DNA of 64,000 nucleotides from Amoebophrya sp. A120. Its lineage: Eukaryota > Protista > Dinoflagellata. Below are positions 1-12,783 of the stretch, piece by piece. The DNA lies in the NCBI GenBank assembly GCA_905178155.1, contig CAJINV010000001.1, positions 15,562,142 to 15,626,141 of the forward strand, in the 5' to 3' direction. The notes under the pieces were generated by a model. That model was not told the origin of the DNA and did not search any database. It saw only the letters and a list, made by a program, of their open reading frames with translations. The stretch's first letter is position 1. Each line of letters opens with the position of its first letter. The translations under genes and the position numbers were made by a program.

Positions 1-3000
1 GTGCGAAGATCAATACTTTTTTCCTGCGTTTGCAAAAGAAGGTGGTAGAAGTGTGCACAACGAGGCTCGAAGAAGAAGGCGCTTCACCTGTCGTGACCAT
101 CGACAAGCTAGCTTCCCGGGTGTTACGAGACCTCGAGCACGAGCTTGGACGTTTCCGCACGACCGGGAACGCCGGGGAGGACCCAAACGCAAACGCGAGC
201 GCTTCTGTTTTATCGTCAGAAAGCATCGGGACAGCAGATGAACCTGTGAAAGAAAAAGAATCAAACCACGTAGCAGCCGCCCAAGCAAAGGCTGCAGCGC
301 ATAACTGGAACTACGAGCTAGCCGGAACGAGTTTCGACTCTTGGTCGTTTCTGTTGACGACTATGAATCCACAAAGTTTTCCCGGGGGACTACAGCAGGT
401 ATCTCGATTTCCTTTGCACACTTTTATGTTGGTCTTGTTGCGCCGAAGCAAGGCCGCGCAAGTCATAGTTTACCATAAAAAGCTCATCCGCTAAACTCAC
501 ATTCTAGTGCCCAGAGAGATCATCACGAGAACCATTCACCTCTTGAAGAACCACTCTTCTCAGATTGTCCGCGCCATGGTGATTTACGTGACTGGGAGCG
601 CGTCAAATTTTCCCACCGAAGAGAAAAGGAAAGTCCGTTCCTCACCGGACGAAAAGGTCTTTTCTGTTCGCATGGGCGCGATGGGTAGTAGCGAGCTGCT
701 GATGCATTGGACCCGGTTGATTTACGTGAGCGCCATGGAGGTCATGCCGGAACTCGCTCGCGTCGTCGCGTTTTCCTCAGTCGTGGAGGATGATGGGACT
801 GATGCTTCTGCTTGCGCGCCAGACCACATCAAGAAGAACCCGTCGCAGGCGAAGAGGCGTTTATCCACAGTCGACTTGTCCATTGCTCTTGCCAAGAAAG
901 TTTCGTTTTCTCGCCCCGACGGCTTTCCACCGAGTTCCGACGATGAAGGAAATAAACCGAGAACGGACTTTGGAAATAAAGCCATACCAAAAACGGACAG
1001 CGAATCTACTTCAGCACGCAACGTTGGCGCAGAAGGCGACTCAGCAGCCTTTTCACTTCTAAAGCGATCCGCTGGTGCTTGGAAACCGTCTGGAAAGTGG
1101 CGACAAAAAGAGAAAGAAGGCAACAGCAGGGAAGACAGCCAGGCCGCGGTGCGTGCCAGCGACGTCAGGGACGAGACTGTAAAAATGCGCAGTTGTGGCA
1201 CGACGTCCACGTCTAGCCCGTCAGCCATCAGTGCCTCGTTTGACGCGACCGCTTCTCCCGTGTCAACATCTGAAACACCTGCGTCGCGCCGAATTTCCGA
1301 GGCGGCCACCCAGCTTGACGAAAATGCACTTTCCTTTTTCGAGCAGTTACACACCGACACCACGATGAAAGCGTCCTTCGGCCCGGCAACTGATACCGTC
1401 ACTCCCTCGACGAGGACGGTGGCAGCGCCGGGGTCAAAACAGATTCGTCCCCCACCCGGCTTCGAAGCTGCTGAAGGCGGACTGAGTTCTAAGGAGTATG
1501 TCAAAAGAACTTCATCTTCGCTGTGTCGCTCGCCGATTAGCACAACCACCACAACTGCAGAACCAGGTGGTCCTCGTGAAAAGTTTTCACTGTCCTCCTC
1601 TCCCGCAGACAGGTCAACGATCGCGCCTTCTTCACCGGCACCGTCATCGGTTTTGTTCTCGTCCCCGGATAGTTGTAACAACACTAGCTGCCCAAGTATT
1701 ATCAGCTACACTTCTTCCACTTCGTCGACTGCATCTCGTGTTCTACTTGGCCCGGTTCCGGTCTCTTCCTTCCTTGCGGACGAAGACGATCTGCCTAGCG
1801 AGTTTGAGCTCGTGCCGGTTCTCGAGAAGAATTGCCAGGCCGCGGGGGAAGGACCCGACGAGGCCGCAAGCAAAGCCGTGCAGCACAATTCTAAGAACGG
1901 AGCCTGCTCAAAGTTGTCAAGTGACGAATTATCTGCACGAACAGAAGATGAAAACAACTCCGGCTGTTTCGTGCAGAAGGTCCTCCAGTTTCTCCGTGCC
2001 ACGATGACGTTTGATGTGGAGAGGTGCGGCGCGCTTTGGCAGGAACTGGAAACTTTATCCGCGAACGATTGGCACATTCAGAACGATTGGTGCATCAGCT
2101 TCCAGTGGACCGAGAAGAGGAAATGGCAGGGCGGAGACCTGGCCTGCTTCTTCGTGGCGGTGTTGGCGCAGGTGGTTTCCGACACGGATATCAAATGTAA
2201 AAGTGTCTGGGTCCGGAAGAGTGCATGTTTGTCATGCTTGTCTGGCATGACTCTCAAATCTGTCACGCACGTTACCCAAGAGCATTTTTCTGTCATGCAG
2301 AAACGCAGTTTGTCATGCATTATGCATAATAGGCAACACCTAGAAGCTCAGAAACCTGTCATGCTGCGCCAGCACTTCTGGCCTCCTCATGATACGCCAC
2401 CCAGCACCACAAGTGTCCAGACCCAGACATTTTTGCATTTGATAACGGAGACCTTCGAGCGACACGTCGACCTGGCGGCACAGGGCCGGTTGATGCACAA
2501 AAGCAACAACACGTGGTGCAACGAATACACCAGCGTGGGAGCAGCTACAACGCACTCAGACATGTTGACCAGCACTGCTAGTACGTCGTCGAGTCGCACC
2601 GGTGGTTTTGGTGGTGGTCGAGGAAGCTACAACTACACCAATCTGCCCCCTGAGAGCGCCGGGGTGAGCGGAACGAAGGCCAGCAAGGTAGTTCGGTTCG
2701 TGAAAGAGGTTTTAACCAAGTGCAAGAAGCAGCACAAGAAATTCCTCACGCACGTGAATCTGGAGATGCTGCTCAGCTGTGACCGCGATTTATCCGCTTA
2801 CTACGGGCTCGGACAAAAATCTCCTGCCTCAACGCCGTCGAATAAAGCCGAGCGGGCAAAAATAGATGCCAGCGTCCATGACCACGACCAAACAAGGCAC
2901 AGACGCGGCGGCCCGAGTGTGCTCGAAATCGGTTCGGGAAACTTCTCTTTCGCGGATTCCTTTACGCAGAGTGCGAAATTTCGGGGACGGTATCTCGAGG

Positions 3001-4251
3001 CCTTGTTTCCTTTTTCTCTCATAATGTTTCCGGTGTTTATTTTCATTGGAGGCAAACAAGGCATCTGCCCGGGGAAAAACGCAAAGCACAAGACGCTCGT
3101 GCGTCGATACAGCCATGTCTTTGTCTTTCCTATCTGATATCGCCCCACACATTTCATCAGGTACTTTGCAAGTTCGAAAGAGGATCGAGAAACACTGCTC
3201 GCGAAGTACGGCGAGCAGGCCATTCGTGCTGCGGAGAATTGCAGTGACCGGTTTTCGTTGCTTTTTAACATCGACGTGAGCTGCCCCGAGGCCACGGCAC
3301 GCACGTTGCTCCGCACGCAGCCAGAGGGCTTTCAGGCGGTGCTGTTCATCAATCCGCATGCGGGGGATGAACGGGAAAAGAACACACGACTGCTGGAGCA
3401 GTTTTTTGAGGTGCAAAATTACCTTCTTTTGTTCTCTAGAAGCGTGTTTAGAATAAAGAATGACAAAAGTAGTACAGTCTCTTTTGGAAAAGCGGTGTAG
3501 ATGCCTCGATGGAGCAGTCGTGCTCCACCTCCACTCTCGACGTCCGAAAATTCTTGCGCGACAGGTTTGCTCTCGGGTCCTTGACCCGCGCGACGAAAGG
3601 GCGAGTGCACAGATTACCCTCGCGAAGCCGGACGTGCACTACCAACAGTGGAACGTGAGCGCGGTCGCGGCGCGGGCCGGCTTCAAGCGGGTGGATAGCA
3701 AGCCGTTCTTCGTGTCCCTTTTCCCCGCGTACCAGCCTGTGTATGGGGACAAGCGCGACGAACGAAACCACCAGCGCCGGATTCAGCACGGGGCCAGAAT
3801 CTACTTCACCTGCAACCCCATCACCTACATTTTTCAGCGAACTTTAGTCACCAGAAGTACTGCAGGAGTTAGTGCGTCTAGTGCGAATCTTGCAACATCA
3901 TGTACTCGACTGGATGACGCAGGAGATGAAAGGACCTGTAGTTGTGCGGGGGATAAACACGCAGGAGGGCGGGCTGCTCCTGCTACAACTACTACAGGAC
4001 TGCCGGAGACCATGGGCGGTACTATCGCTGGACTCAGTGGCAAAGGCACTCCTGCTCGAGGTGAGTACGAGCATCATGATCTGGAATACGGCGACGATGA
4101 GGAGGCTGCACCGGTTTGGAAGCGGAGGACTTCCAATCCTCGAGGTGCGAATCGGTCCAGCAGGTGGACCACCGGAAACCCAGGACAATGGAGCCGCGGA
4201 TCCACAGGCAGCGGAGGCACCGGACGCAATAATTTTCGAAGTTACCAGTAA
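1..4251 (+). CDS. Multi-exon protein (5' partial) with long low-complexity N-terminus and C-terminal DUF2431/Bmt5-like rRNA uridine-N3 methyltransferase domain
   Basis: Motifs VLEIGSGNFSFADSF, YFASSKEDRETLLAKYG, LLFNIDVS, VLFINPHAG..NTRLLEQFFE and HYQQWNVSAVAARAGF..FPAYQP follow the DUF2431 pattern. They join in frame through GT-AG introns 2990-3160 and 3411-3564. Introner at 2189-2444; first intron near 399-518 has an uncertain acceptor. Confidence 0.7.
2189..2444. mobile_element. Introner, family A (subfamily A1), 256 bp
   Basis: TIRs TATCAAATGTAAAAGTGTCTGGGTCCGGA / TCCAGACCCAGACATTTTTGCATTTGATA; direct repeat ACGGA at 2184-2188 and 2445-2449; interior similar to 60847-61101. Confidence 0.92.
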
Positions 4252-5761
4252 TGACAGAAAGAAGGAGGGCTTGGTACTGGTAGCGCCACTGATGCTAATC
4301 CGGGAGAGTGTGTCACAAAGCAGGTATGTCGATTTTTTAGTCAGGTTATGAAGATGAACACAGACTAGCAAAAGTGGGTCTACATCCCCACAAATTTTCA
4401 AACTGCAGTTCTTGTAGAAACTGAAACTGAAATTTTATGATATCAATCAAATGGGCGTGAAACTCGCTTTTCATCCTTTTTCGCTGGATTTTGCACGGTC
4501 GCTTCGGAGAACTTCATCAACCCGAAATAGGCATTTCGCATAGGTTACTTACGTTGCGCCCACGTTTCTGTATTCTTGTTTTGCAACGGGCGCAAATCGC
4601 ATAGATTTTCTTTGATATTATACAGTTCTTCTTGAAAGATAGCGCACGGATTCTTCTTGTTTGTTTCTGGATAACGCCGGAAGTTCAGCTTTCACTCGCA
4701 GCGTAGTCGACGAAATAAGTCATATTCAACTTCTTGCAAAACCAAAAAGACAACCATTCGTAACCCGCTCTCTCATTGAACGAATGTCCTGCTTCTTTAG
4801 ATTTTTTTAAAATAGAGATTGCCACTCTACTACTTGATTGTCGATATTTGTAGTCGCGCCCAGGCCAACATAAAGTCAAAGATAAGCAAAATCAACAACA
4901 ACAACCGCGAAACATCCTCCAAAATCTATCTTCTAGTTCTCCAGCAGGAACCACACATCGCAGTCACAGACACGCGCGTTTCGACGGGACTATGAGTTCG
5001 CGATCTTTTGCCCGCGATACAGGCGCTGGGGGTTTCTCTTCGAGAAAAGGAAAGTCGATGTGATGTCATACTTCGTTTCGATGGTAGTTTTCTTGTCGTG
5101 ACATACTTCGTTTCTGATCGCTCGACTTCGCTCATTTCTTCTCGTCCTCGCTTTTTTTTTGCGATCTAAGACAGTGTCAGTGGCCTAATTTGTAGTTTGG
5201 GAATGAACTCCTGGGTTCCTGGTCGTGATGAAGGCGATCGATGTTTGAACATTGATGTTGTTCTGAGTGACGAGTAGCGCTGTTGGAGATCATGCAGTAT
5301 TCGTCTTGATTTTATCTGAAGCTCCTCTCGACCTCGCTCTCGTGGTGATGTTGCCGGTCGATTGGCTTGTAATATTATTTGCACTGAACTTCTTAGTAAT
5401 AGAGTCCAACTCGTTCTCGTGGTGCTCGTCAACTTGATTTCAATTGTGATCGTGTGTCCTCTCGTGCAAGCCAGGAGTGTGGATTCATTTACTAACGACG
5501 TTTGTCGGCTTGTCCTAGTCCTTGTGCCACAAGTTGTGGTCGTTTCGTCGGACTCCACGCAGAATACAGGCTAATATGCCCGAACCTCTTCTATGTGTGT
5601 TTCGTGTCTCCATCTCGTCGACGTGCTCAACACAGTAACATCATCTGCAAGTCGTGCAGCGGTTCCACCTCGGAGACTCGACGTGAACCTGAACTCATAA
5701 GACTGATATAAGTTGGAGTTGGTGCGGTGCGCGAAACATTTACATACACCAGCAACAGATA

Positions 5762-8700
5762 ATGCGTCGATACACCACAGCCGAGGTCACTCCGTGTGTG
5801 TTCCAAGAGAACTGCGACAAGCAGTTTTCTGTGAAAGATCCGGTGGATGAGTGCCGCATTTTTGCGGGCGTTGTTTCCTACCTCTTGCGTCTCATCAAGC
5901 GAGGCAGGCTTGACGCCGACGATCTCGCCCAGAATGCCAGCCGCGATAACTTTGTTGTCCCCGAGCTACAACAACATCATGCTCAGTCTCCCAGCATCGG
6001 CGTGAGCATCAGCACCGCAAGCACCAGCACGCCGTCTTCGCTCATGGGAGGTGTTTCTGGTGGTACAACTACTGAGAACAGGCTTTTTTCTTGTACCTCG
6101 AGTACTAGCGGTTCGGGCTCGGAACGCGAACGCCAGCAGCAAAACAACAAACGGGGCAGGGGTGCACCAAGCACCAGCAACCAGGACACGTTCGGAGGAC
6201 GGTACGCGCTGCAGGGTCGTACTTTTGAAGGTCAGTTTTCCGCGCAGCTGCAGTCAATGGAGCAAACCGCAACCGCTGCCACAGAGGACTCGCAAAAGAG
6301 GGAATGGCTTCTCCACACCACGCAAAGCTGCTGCTTCTCCATGACCAGCATTGTCGCAGGGGTAAGTTGCAGGCTTACTGTGTAGCTTAAGTTCTTCATT
6401 AGATGGCCCAAGTAAGCATCAAATCTGAAATCATACTGGTCTTTATAGGCACTTGAATTACCATAATCGACCTTTAAACTGCCCCTGTCGACGACGGATT
6501 TTCACAATAGCGGGGGAGCACAAGAATTATTATCCTCAACAGCTTATCTACCTCACGCGCTTGCTGGAGGAGAAGCGATTGGCTTTCGGCGAAAAGAGCT
6601 GGCAGGCGATCTGGTGCTGCATCATGATTCTGTCAGAAAAATATTGGGAAGACAATTACATTCACCCAGGACATGTGCTCAACACGTTCGGCTTCGGATC
6701 TGGTATCTTTCCATTGAGTTAGGTTTTTGGCGACTCCGATGAGCAGATCGTGCTTGTTCATAGTATGCCTTGTCATGTTGGTTGTTCCTTCTGCTTTTGG
6801 TCTTAATTCTCGCTCTTCGCAAGTACAGGCCGTGAAATAAATGCTGCGTTCGTTTTCCAGGTAAGCGAATGATGCTACGGATGCAGATGTGGCTGCTCGG
6901 CGCACTTCGGTGGAGCCTTACTGTGCCCGAACCGGATTACGAGCGGATGCTGCACAAACTACGCGAGGAGGGAACCAGCTTCATACAATCCCGCAACGCG
7001 GGCGAGCCACCGTCGAATCTTTCGGTACTCGTCGAGCGGCCGCTTCCAAAATCCGCCGGCATCGATGCGCAGAAGTTGCGCGAGCCGCCACCCGACATGC
7101 CCTTGCCGCAACAACCGCATGTCGCTACACGCATGCAGCTTCACGCACAGCAGCAACTGCTGCAATACCACCTGCCAGCAGTCGGGGCAGGCATGGTGCA
7201 CGGTGGGGGAACGTCGGGATTTGCCGGAGGAGGTCCTAAGGCACACAATCAACACGGAGGGCAAAGTACTATTCGGCGTCAGTCTAAATTGAGTTGACCT
7301 AGAACTTTTTTCTACCACTTATATCGCTCCGTTTTGTAACTAATTTCAATTTGGTGGTCTACTCTCGTGTCGGAGTCGGAGTACAATAAAGACGAAGAGG
7401 ATTCTTAATCATCTGGCATTGCAATGTATCATGATCAAGTTTTCGAATTTTTGGTTTTCCTGTGACACGTTTTATCGGGCGGCCGTGTCGTGAGTTTTTT
7501 CTGTATGTAATTTCGATTTCATGATCCAAAAAAAAAAAAAAACGACAGATTCGCTTCAGAGTGTGGCAGGTCAACCACAGGGTGTTGGTGCTGGTTTCGG
7601 GCACAACGGCAACCAGAGCCACAGCCACTTTGCGATATTCAACAAGCGACTCTACCCTGAACAGCAGCCCCCGCGGGCACCGTACTTTGTCTCTAACCAG
7701 TCACAGGAGCAAGCACAGCAGCATTTGCAGCATTCAGGATACGGACAAAAAGGGGCGAATGCAAACGGTACGCAGCATAATATTGGCTTTATTTTCAGTG
7801 TGTTGCTCGCCTTCGTTTTTCTTTCTTATTCTTACATGCAAATGCGACTTTTAAGTTTAACGATACACACGTCCAATTTTGCAGGCGCACCCGGCGGAGG
7901 TGGAGGGTCGGGTGTTGGTAACTTCACCAATACTTCGCATCCGTACTTTCGCGACCAGTCGCAAATGCAATTGCACCCTCACACCGGGCAGTCACAAGGG
8001 ACCCTGCAGCAGCAACATCAGACCTTTCCTCTGAACACGCAGAACTACCCACCAAATGATCAGCACATGCACTTTTCATCACATTCGTCGTTTCCAAGCC
8101 AGCAAGGCCACGGTCATTACAATTTGATGAGCAATTACCCCAACAATGCGCTGAGCAACGGGCTGCACCACGCACCATTTCCTTTTCTACCGCACGGCGC
8201 GGTAAACAACCTCTCTGCCGCGACAGCAGCACAGCATAGCCTCTACAACGAATACATGAACCCGCATATAGCAGGCGCACTCAATAGCGCGCACAGCAGC
8301 GGCGCCGCTGCGCAGAGCCACATGCATCAAGCTGCCTACGACCCGAACGCACAGTCGTTCTACCCCGGTGGAGTAGGCAGCCACGCAAATAATAAAATGT
8401 ATTACGGTGCTGGGGGAGTTGGGAGCAACCCAGCAGGAACGATAATGAATACAAACGGTGGTGCTGGAACTGGGGCAGGTTTCAACGTGGCGCTGTTCAA
8501 TCACGCGAATAATCGGGGCCGGTACCTTTTTGTGCTTTCTCTTTGTTTTGTCTGTTGGACTAAGACTTCGATTTCGAATCTATTATGGCAATGCAGACAC
8601 CACGAAAGGCAATTTGGTGCATACATCAACAAAACAGGGCCTTCAAACCACGTAGCCGGCCTACTACTTCGCACAGTTACTTCGAGCACAATGGCTAATA

Positions 8701-8813
8701 GTTGGCCGACGGGTGCACTGAACAGGCGCAAAACTTGCATTTCCACTTCCGAGACCGAGCTGCTGTGGCTGCCAGACCAACGACAGAATGCTACAGAAAC
8801 AAAGGTTATTTGA
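5762..8813 (+). CDS. Cyclin (cyclin-Y/Pcl-like cyclin box) with Q/H/G-rich low-complexity C-terminus; multi-exon, 3' end uncertain
   Basis: Spliced SIVAG|LIYLTRLL..SWQAIWCCIMILSEKYWEDNY..MLRMQMWLLGALRWSLTVPEPDY resembles a cyclin box; GT-AG intron 6362-6542 joins in frame. Confidence 0.65.
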
Positions 8814-10283
8814 GCTTTATCAAGCAAAATAAAGGCGACTCCTCGTATATGTTGCGTCATCACGTCTTAGTCTTTGCTTCTGAAGTGCTTCTCTACCAAA
8901 ATGTAAAAAATGAACTTCGTCCCTCCATGTAATACTGATATGAATATGTAGAGTCAATCAGTTAGTGTCCATCTAGGTGGCACCCATATCAAATAAGCGT
9001 CTGATCCGATGCATGCATTCACAGGCATGATTTTGGTCAGGCAGCGTTTGTAATTTTTCTCGAGGAACACTACCAGCTCCTTGTGCTTCTAGTGGCGCTT
9101 CTTGACGTATCCAGTGCAAAAATTTTCTTTGTATCACAGTTTTCACCAAGGCATGTACAATGAACTCTCCTCTTCAACAGTCATCATGTATCTACTATTT
9201 TTTAGGTTGTATAAAAATGAACTTCTGCGTCGCTTCATCTCTGTTTCTCGTTGTAATTTTCGGAAAGCGACAAAATCAACGTACACGAACTGTAGTCTTG
9301 TAGCTGCAAACTATCGAAACTTTTCATGTATAGGAGCGGCACAACCTCCCCTCGCTTTGTAACTATCTCTCACTCTCATCCAGAAAGCTTCTATCCCTCC
9401 ACTGGAAAAGAGCACTGTAAAATTTTTCTGTCCGTCGTGATCTTCATTTCTATCCTATTTGACAAGGCACTTCAGCATCAAATGCGGCAACACAAAGAGT
9501 GGGGCCACCTTCTAGTCTCTGGGTTGATGCTGGCGTTCTCATACATTTGTTCGCCGTCTCCTGTAGAGGAGATTGATGTACATGTGCTGTGTCCTGTAGA
9601 GGCGATTGATGATTCATGAATCTTGTACATGTGCCGTGGACTCCTCGGTGTGATACGGAACCCGAACCGGGATGAGGTCGATGAAATTCGGTGGCTTCAT
9701 AAATCGGTGAGCCACATCGAAAATTCGTGGTCGTGCATGATTTTGACAGCAGCAGAATGAACGTTGCAGATCGGTTTAAATTGTACTACGCAAGAAAAAA
9801 AAGCTACGTAAAGTGCATCGGTTATCGTCCACTAATGTTGAGAACGTCATCTCCAACATCGTGCGCAAGAGCAGAAGTGGCCATCGCCCAAGAACAAGAT
9901 AAAACGAAATTAATAAGTAGTCGTCGCGCTGTGGAATTTTGACATGTTTACACAAAAACTTGAACTTCTTGTACTACTCGTACTCGTACGTCTAAGTCGT
10001 TCATACGATTTTGAAAGTCAACGACTTTTGCGTCATCAGAGGACAGTTGTAGCACTAAAAACTAAATAGAAATCTTCAATACATCAGCAGGGTTGCTATT
10101 GTTGCGTTTTATCCACGCCTCTAATTTCACACCGATACCCATTTCTACTACTATACGCATACAAACACTCTTCTACATTTTTACCTCGTTTTTATCGCGC
10201 TCAAAGATTGCATCCCCCTTGCAGAAGCAATTTGTACTAGTCCCAGTTAGAAGCAGTTGCTTCGATCACTCGACGGACAGAAA

Positions 10284-12783
10284 ATGAGTAGAAGTAGTCT
10301 GGCTTCTAACTCTCCTACAAACGCTACTGCCTCGTCGGAGCCCAACATTTTGAAGAGCATCAACCTTGCCTCATCGTCAACCATCGCCTCCCAATCGGAC
10401 CAAAACATGGCAGACGCCGCGGGTAAGAGCACGCCGCGCTCCACCGTGGCCGCGAGTCTGGATAGTTTACAGAAACTCGCTGTTCAGCCCCTGACGCCCA
10501 CGATTCGCGATAGCCTCTCTCGACTGATTCAGACCCTGAAGGGCATCCAGCAGCAGGTGCGGTCAGAGCAGGTACCGCGGGAGAAGCTTCGGGACCTGTA
10601 CGACGAGGCGTGTTCGCAGGCGGGCACCTTGCGGTTCGAGATTGCTTCCTCCTACAAAGACAGCCCGGAACTACGCGATCTGTTACTGCAGCAGGTGCAG
10701 CAGTGCCACGATTTACTGAAGAGCATGTACAAGGCCCTGTGTGATCGACTCTCAATTCAAGTGGCACTGGAGAGCCTCAGGGATTTGAAAAGTGCCTGTG
10801 TCTCCGTCACCATCGCGTGCCGAGATTCCTTGTTGCAGCTTTGCGAACGGGTAATCGACCTGCTCGGATGCATGTTGCGGCAAGTGCCAGGTAAGTCTAG
10901 CCTAGAAACAAGGGTTCTTGTATAGCTTCTAGGCGTGAGCAGGGTGAGCGAGACCGGAGGTTGATCATTCATGTGGATGATGTGTGCATGCGTAGGGTAC
11001 TACTTACTAGTTTGTCGTCTCCTGTACTGGGTGGTTTTATCAGTCGAGCATTTTAGCATTTCATGCTGACCAGCCCGAAGCAAGCTGAAAAAATTGAAAT
11101 GATTTCGTCCGCGAAGGCAAGCTTTACAATGAACAATCCTCTTCATCTCCTTCTCAGGTTACACGGTTTTGAAGCAGCTGTACGACAATGCGCAAGACGC
11201 GCTTTATTCCCTGAAGAAGCTTCTGCTCGGGGAAACCGGCCTCGCCGAGGGGTTGAAGAAGCGGTTACTTTCCCGAATCGAGCTGGCTTCCGAATACCTC
11301 AACGCCGTCAAGGACCGACTGATCAAGTCGCAGTCCCTGTCGCTCGCCCTGGACACCCTGGAAGACATCGAGAAGAACGTCGAGTCGCTGTTTCTCGTCG
11401 GTCGGGAAAGAGTCGAGGTGATCTACAAGGACTCCACGTCCTCGTTACTCTCCGGGTACAAGCACGGGCACAACCGCGGACAGAGTCTGGTGCAGGAATC
11501 CACGCAGCGGGTGCAGGTGGAGTTCCAGCGGCAGAAGGACCTGTTCGTCCACGATGCGTTGTCCGCGACGCGCGCACGGATCAAGGACTTCCAACAGGAG
11601 ATGCTGATCGTGAACGACCTGAACCTGGAGAAACTCCAGGAGAAGTACGAGGACTGCTTTTTTGGCCTCCAGGAGATGTCACAGGCGGAGTTCCTGGATT
11701 TCCCCGACGCGTTGCTGCCCGAGCAGGTGGCGCTGCTGCGGAAAAAGATCGCCATGGTGGGGGAATATTTGCAGGAAACGGTTTCCCGGAACCACTTGTC
11801 CTCCACGTTTTTTACGACTTCGGCGAGGTACTTGCAGTCTGTGTTGTCTCTGAAAAAAGCCTTGTCGAAACTGCAAGAATGCGGGAGCTCGGTGGCCAGC
11901 ATGGTGCCGTTCTCCTCGCAAATCTCCACATTGTACAGCAAGGGGCTGGCCTTGTTGAAGAAGATTCTCCTCTTCGAGCAAATCAAGGGCTTGCTCCCCG
12001 TCACCTTCGTGTCCAACATGTTCCGCAAGGCGTTCGAGGTGGTCAACAATTTGCGGGTCACGATCCAAAGCGCGATGTTGGCCGCCGGAGGTAAGGTGCT
12101 CCACGGCATGATGGACGTGAAGGACTTTGTGTTGGAACGGGTCTCGCAAGTGTGCTCGATTTTGTACTCGGCGCAGCAGCAGGCGTTCACTGCCGTGTAC
12201 AACATGTCACTCGACGCAGCCATCACCGCGGACAGAATGTAAGGGACTACTTTCGCTTTAGTTTGTTGTATTGTAGGAGCACAATAAATTCACACACGAC
12301 CACTGAATCGATAAAATAGATAGTGCCGGTTTTCTTCCAATTCTACCTAATTGAGTTTGTTGACGGGTTGAAGGGTGTGCCGCTTTTGTTCATTCTGGGG
12401 GGGGGGGGTGTCGTTTGTTTGTCCCAAGACCAAGAGCGAATGATCAACTAACATCACCAAAAAACTCAACTCACAGATTCGGTGTGATGAAACTAGCGGA
12501 GATTCTGTTTCGCCGCGCGAAGGTCGCGGACAAGTATGCCCTCGGAATGGGGACCGCCATCGTCGGAAAGGGCCTCGCGCTCGATAGGTGCATAACGGGC
12601 GGAAAAGCCAAGAACCTCGTTGTCAACGCATTGGAAGACTACGAGCTGCGTGGCGGGCGAGCCTTGCAATTTATTTCAGACGAGACAACAAGCGGAAACG
12701 ATTTAAATGAAGGTGAGGAGACTTCTGACAAAGGCGAAGGTAGAGAAACGAATAAGAATAAACTGCCGAATCTTCTAGTGTGA
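10284..12783 (+). CDS. Hypothetical helical/coiled-coil protein, 3 exons
   Basis: ORFs 10257-10925, 11169-12242 and 12415-12783 are linked by GT-AG introns (about 10891-11157; 12239-12476 gives DRI|FGVMKL in frame). Coding-like composition; no recognised family. Confidence 0.65.

Noticed and set aside
722-1684. Long minus-strand ORFs (also 11423-12226, 32210-33247, 37082-38032, 59444-60268)
   Set aside because: Antisense shadows of GC-rich + strand genes, with no recognisable motifs.
2997-3053. GAGGC direct repeat suggesting a 52-nt GC-AG intron
   Set aside because: It lies within GT-AG intron 2990-3160, which better restores the methyltransferase domain; no TIR.
9559-9640. Short local duplications (TCCTGTAGAGG.GATTGATG twice); similar cases at 13486-13525 and 62240-62330
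   Set aside because: Only two or three imperfect units, consistent with slippage; not an array or CRISPR.
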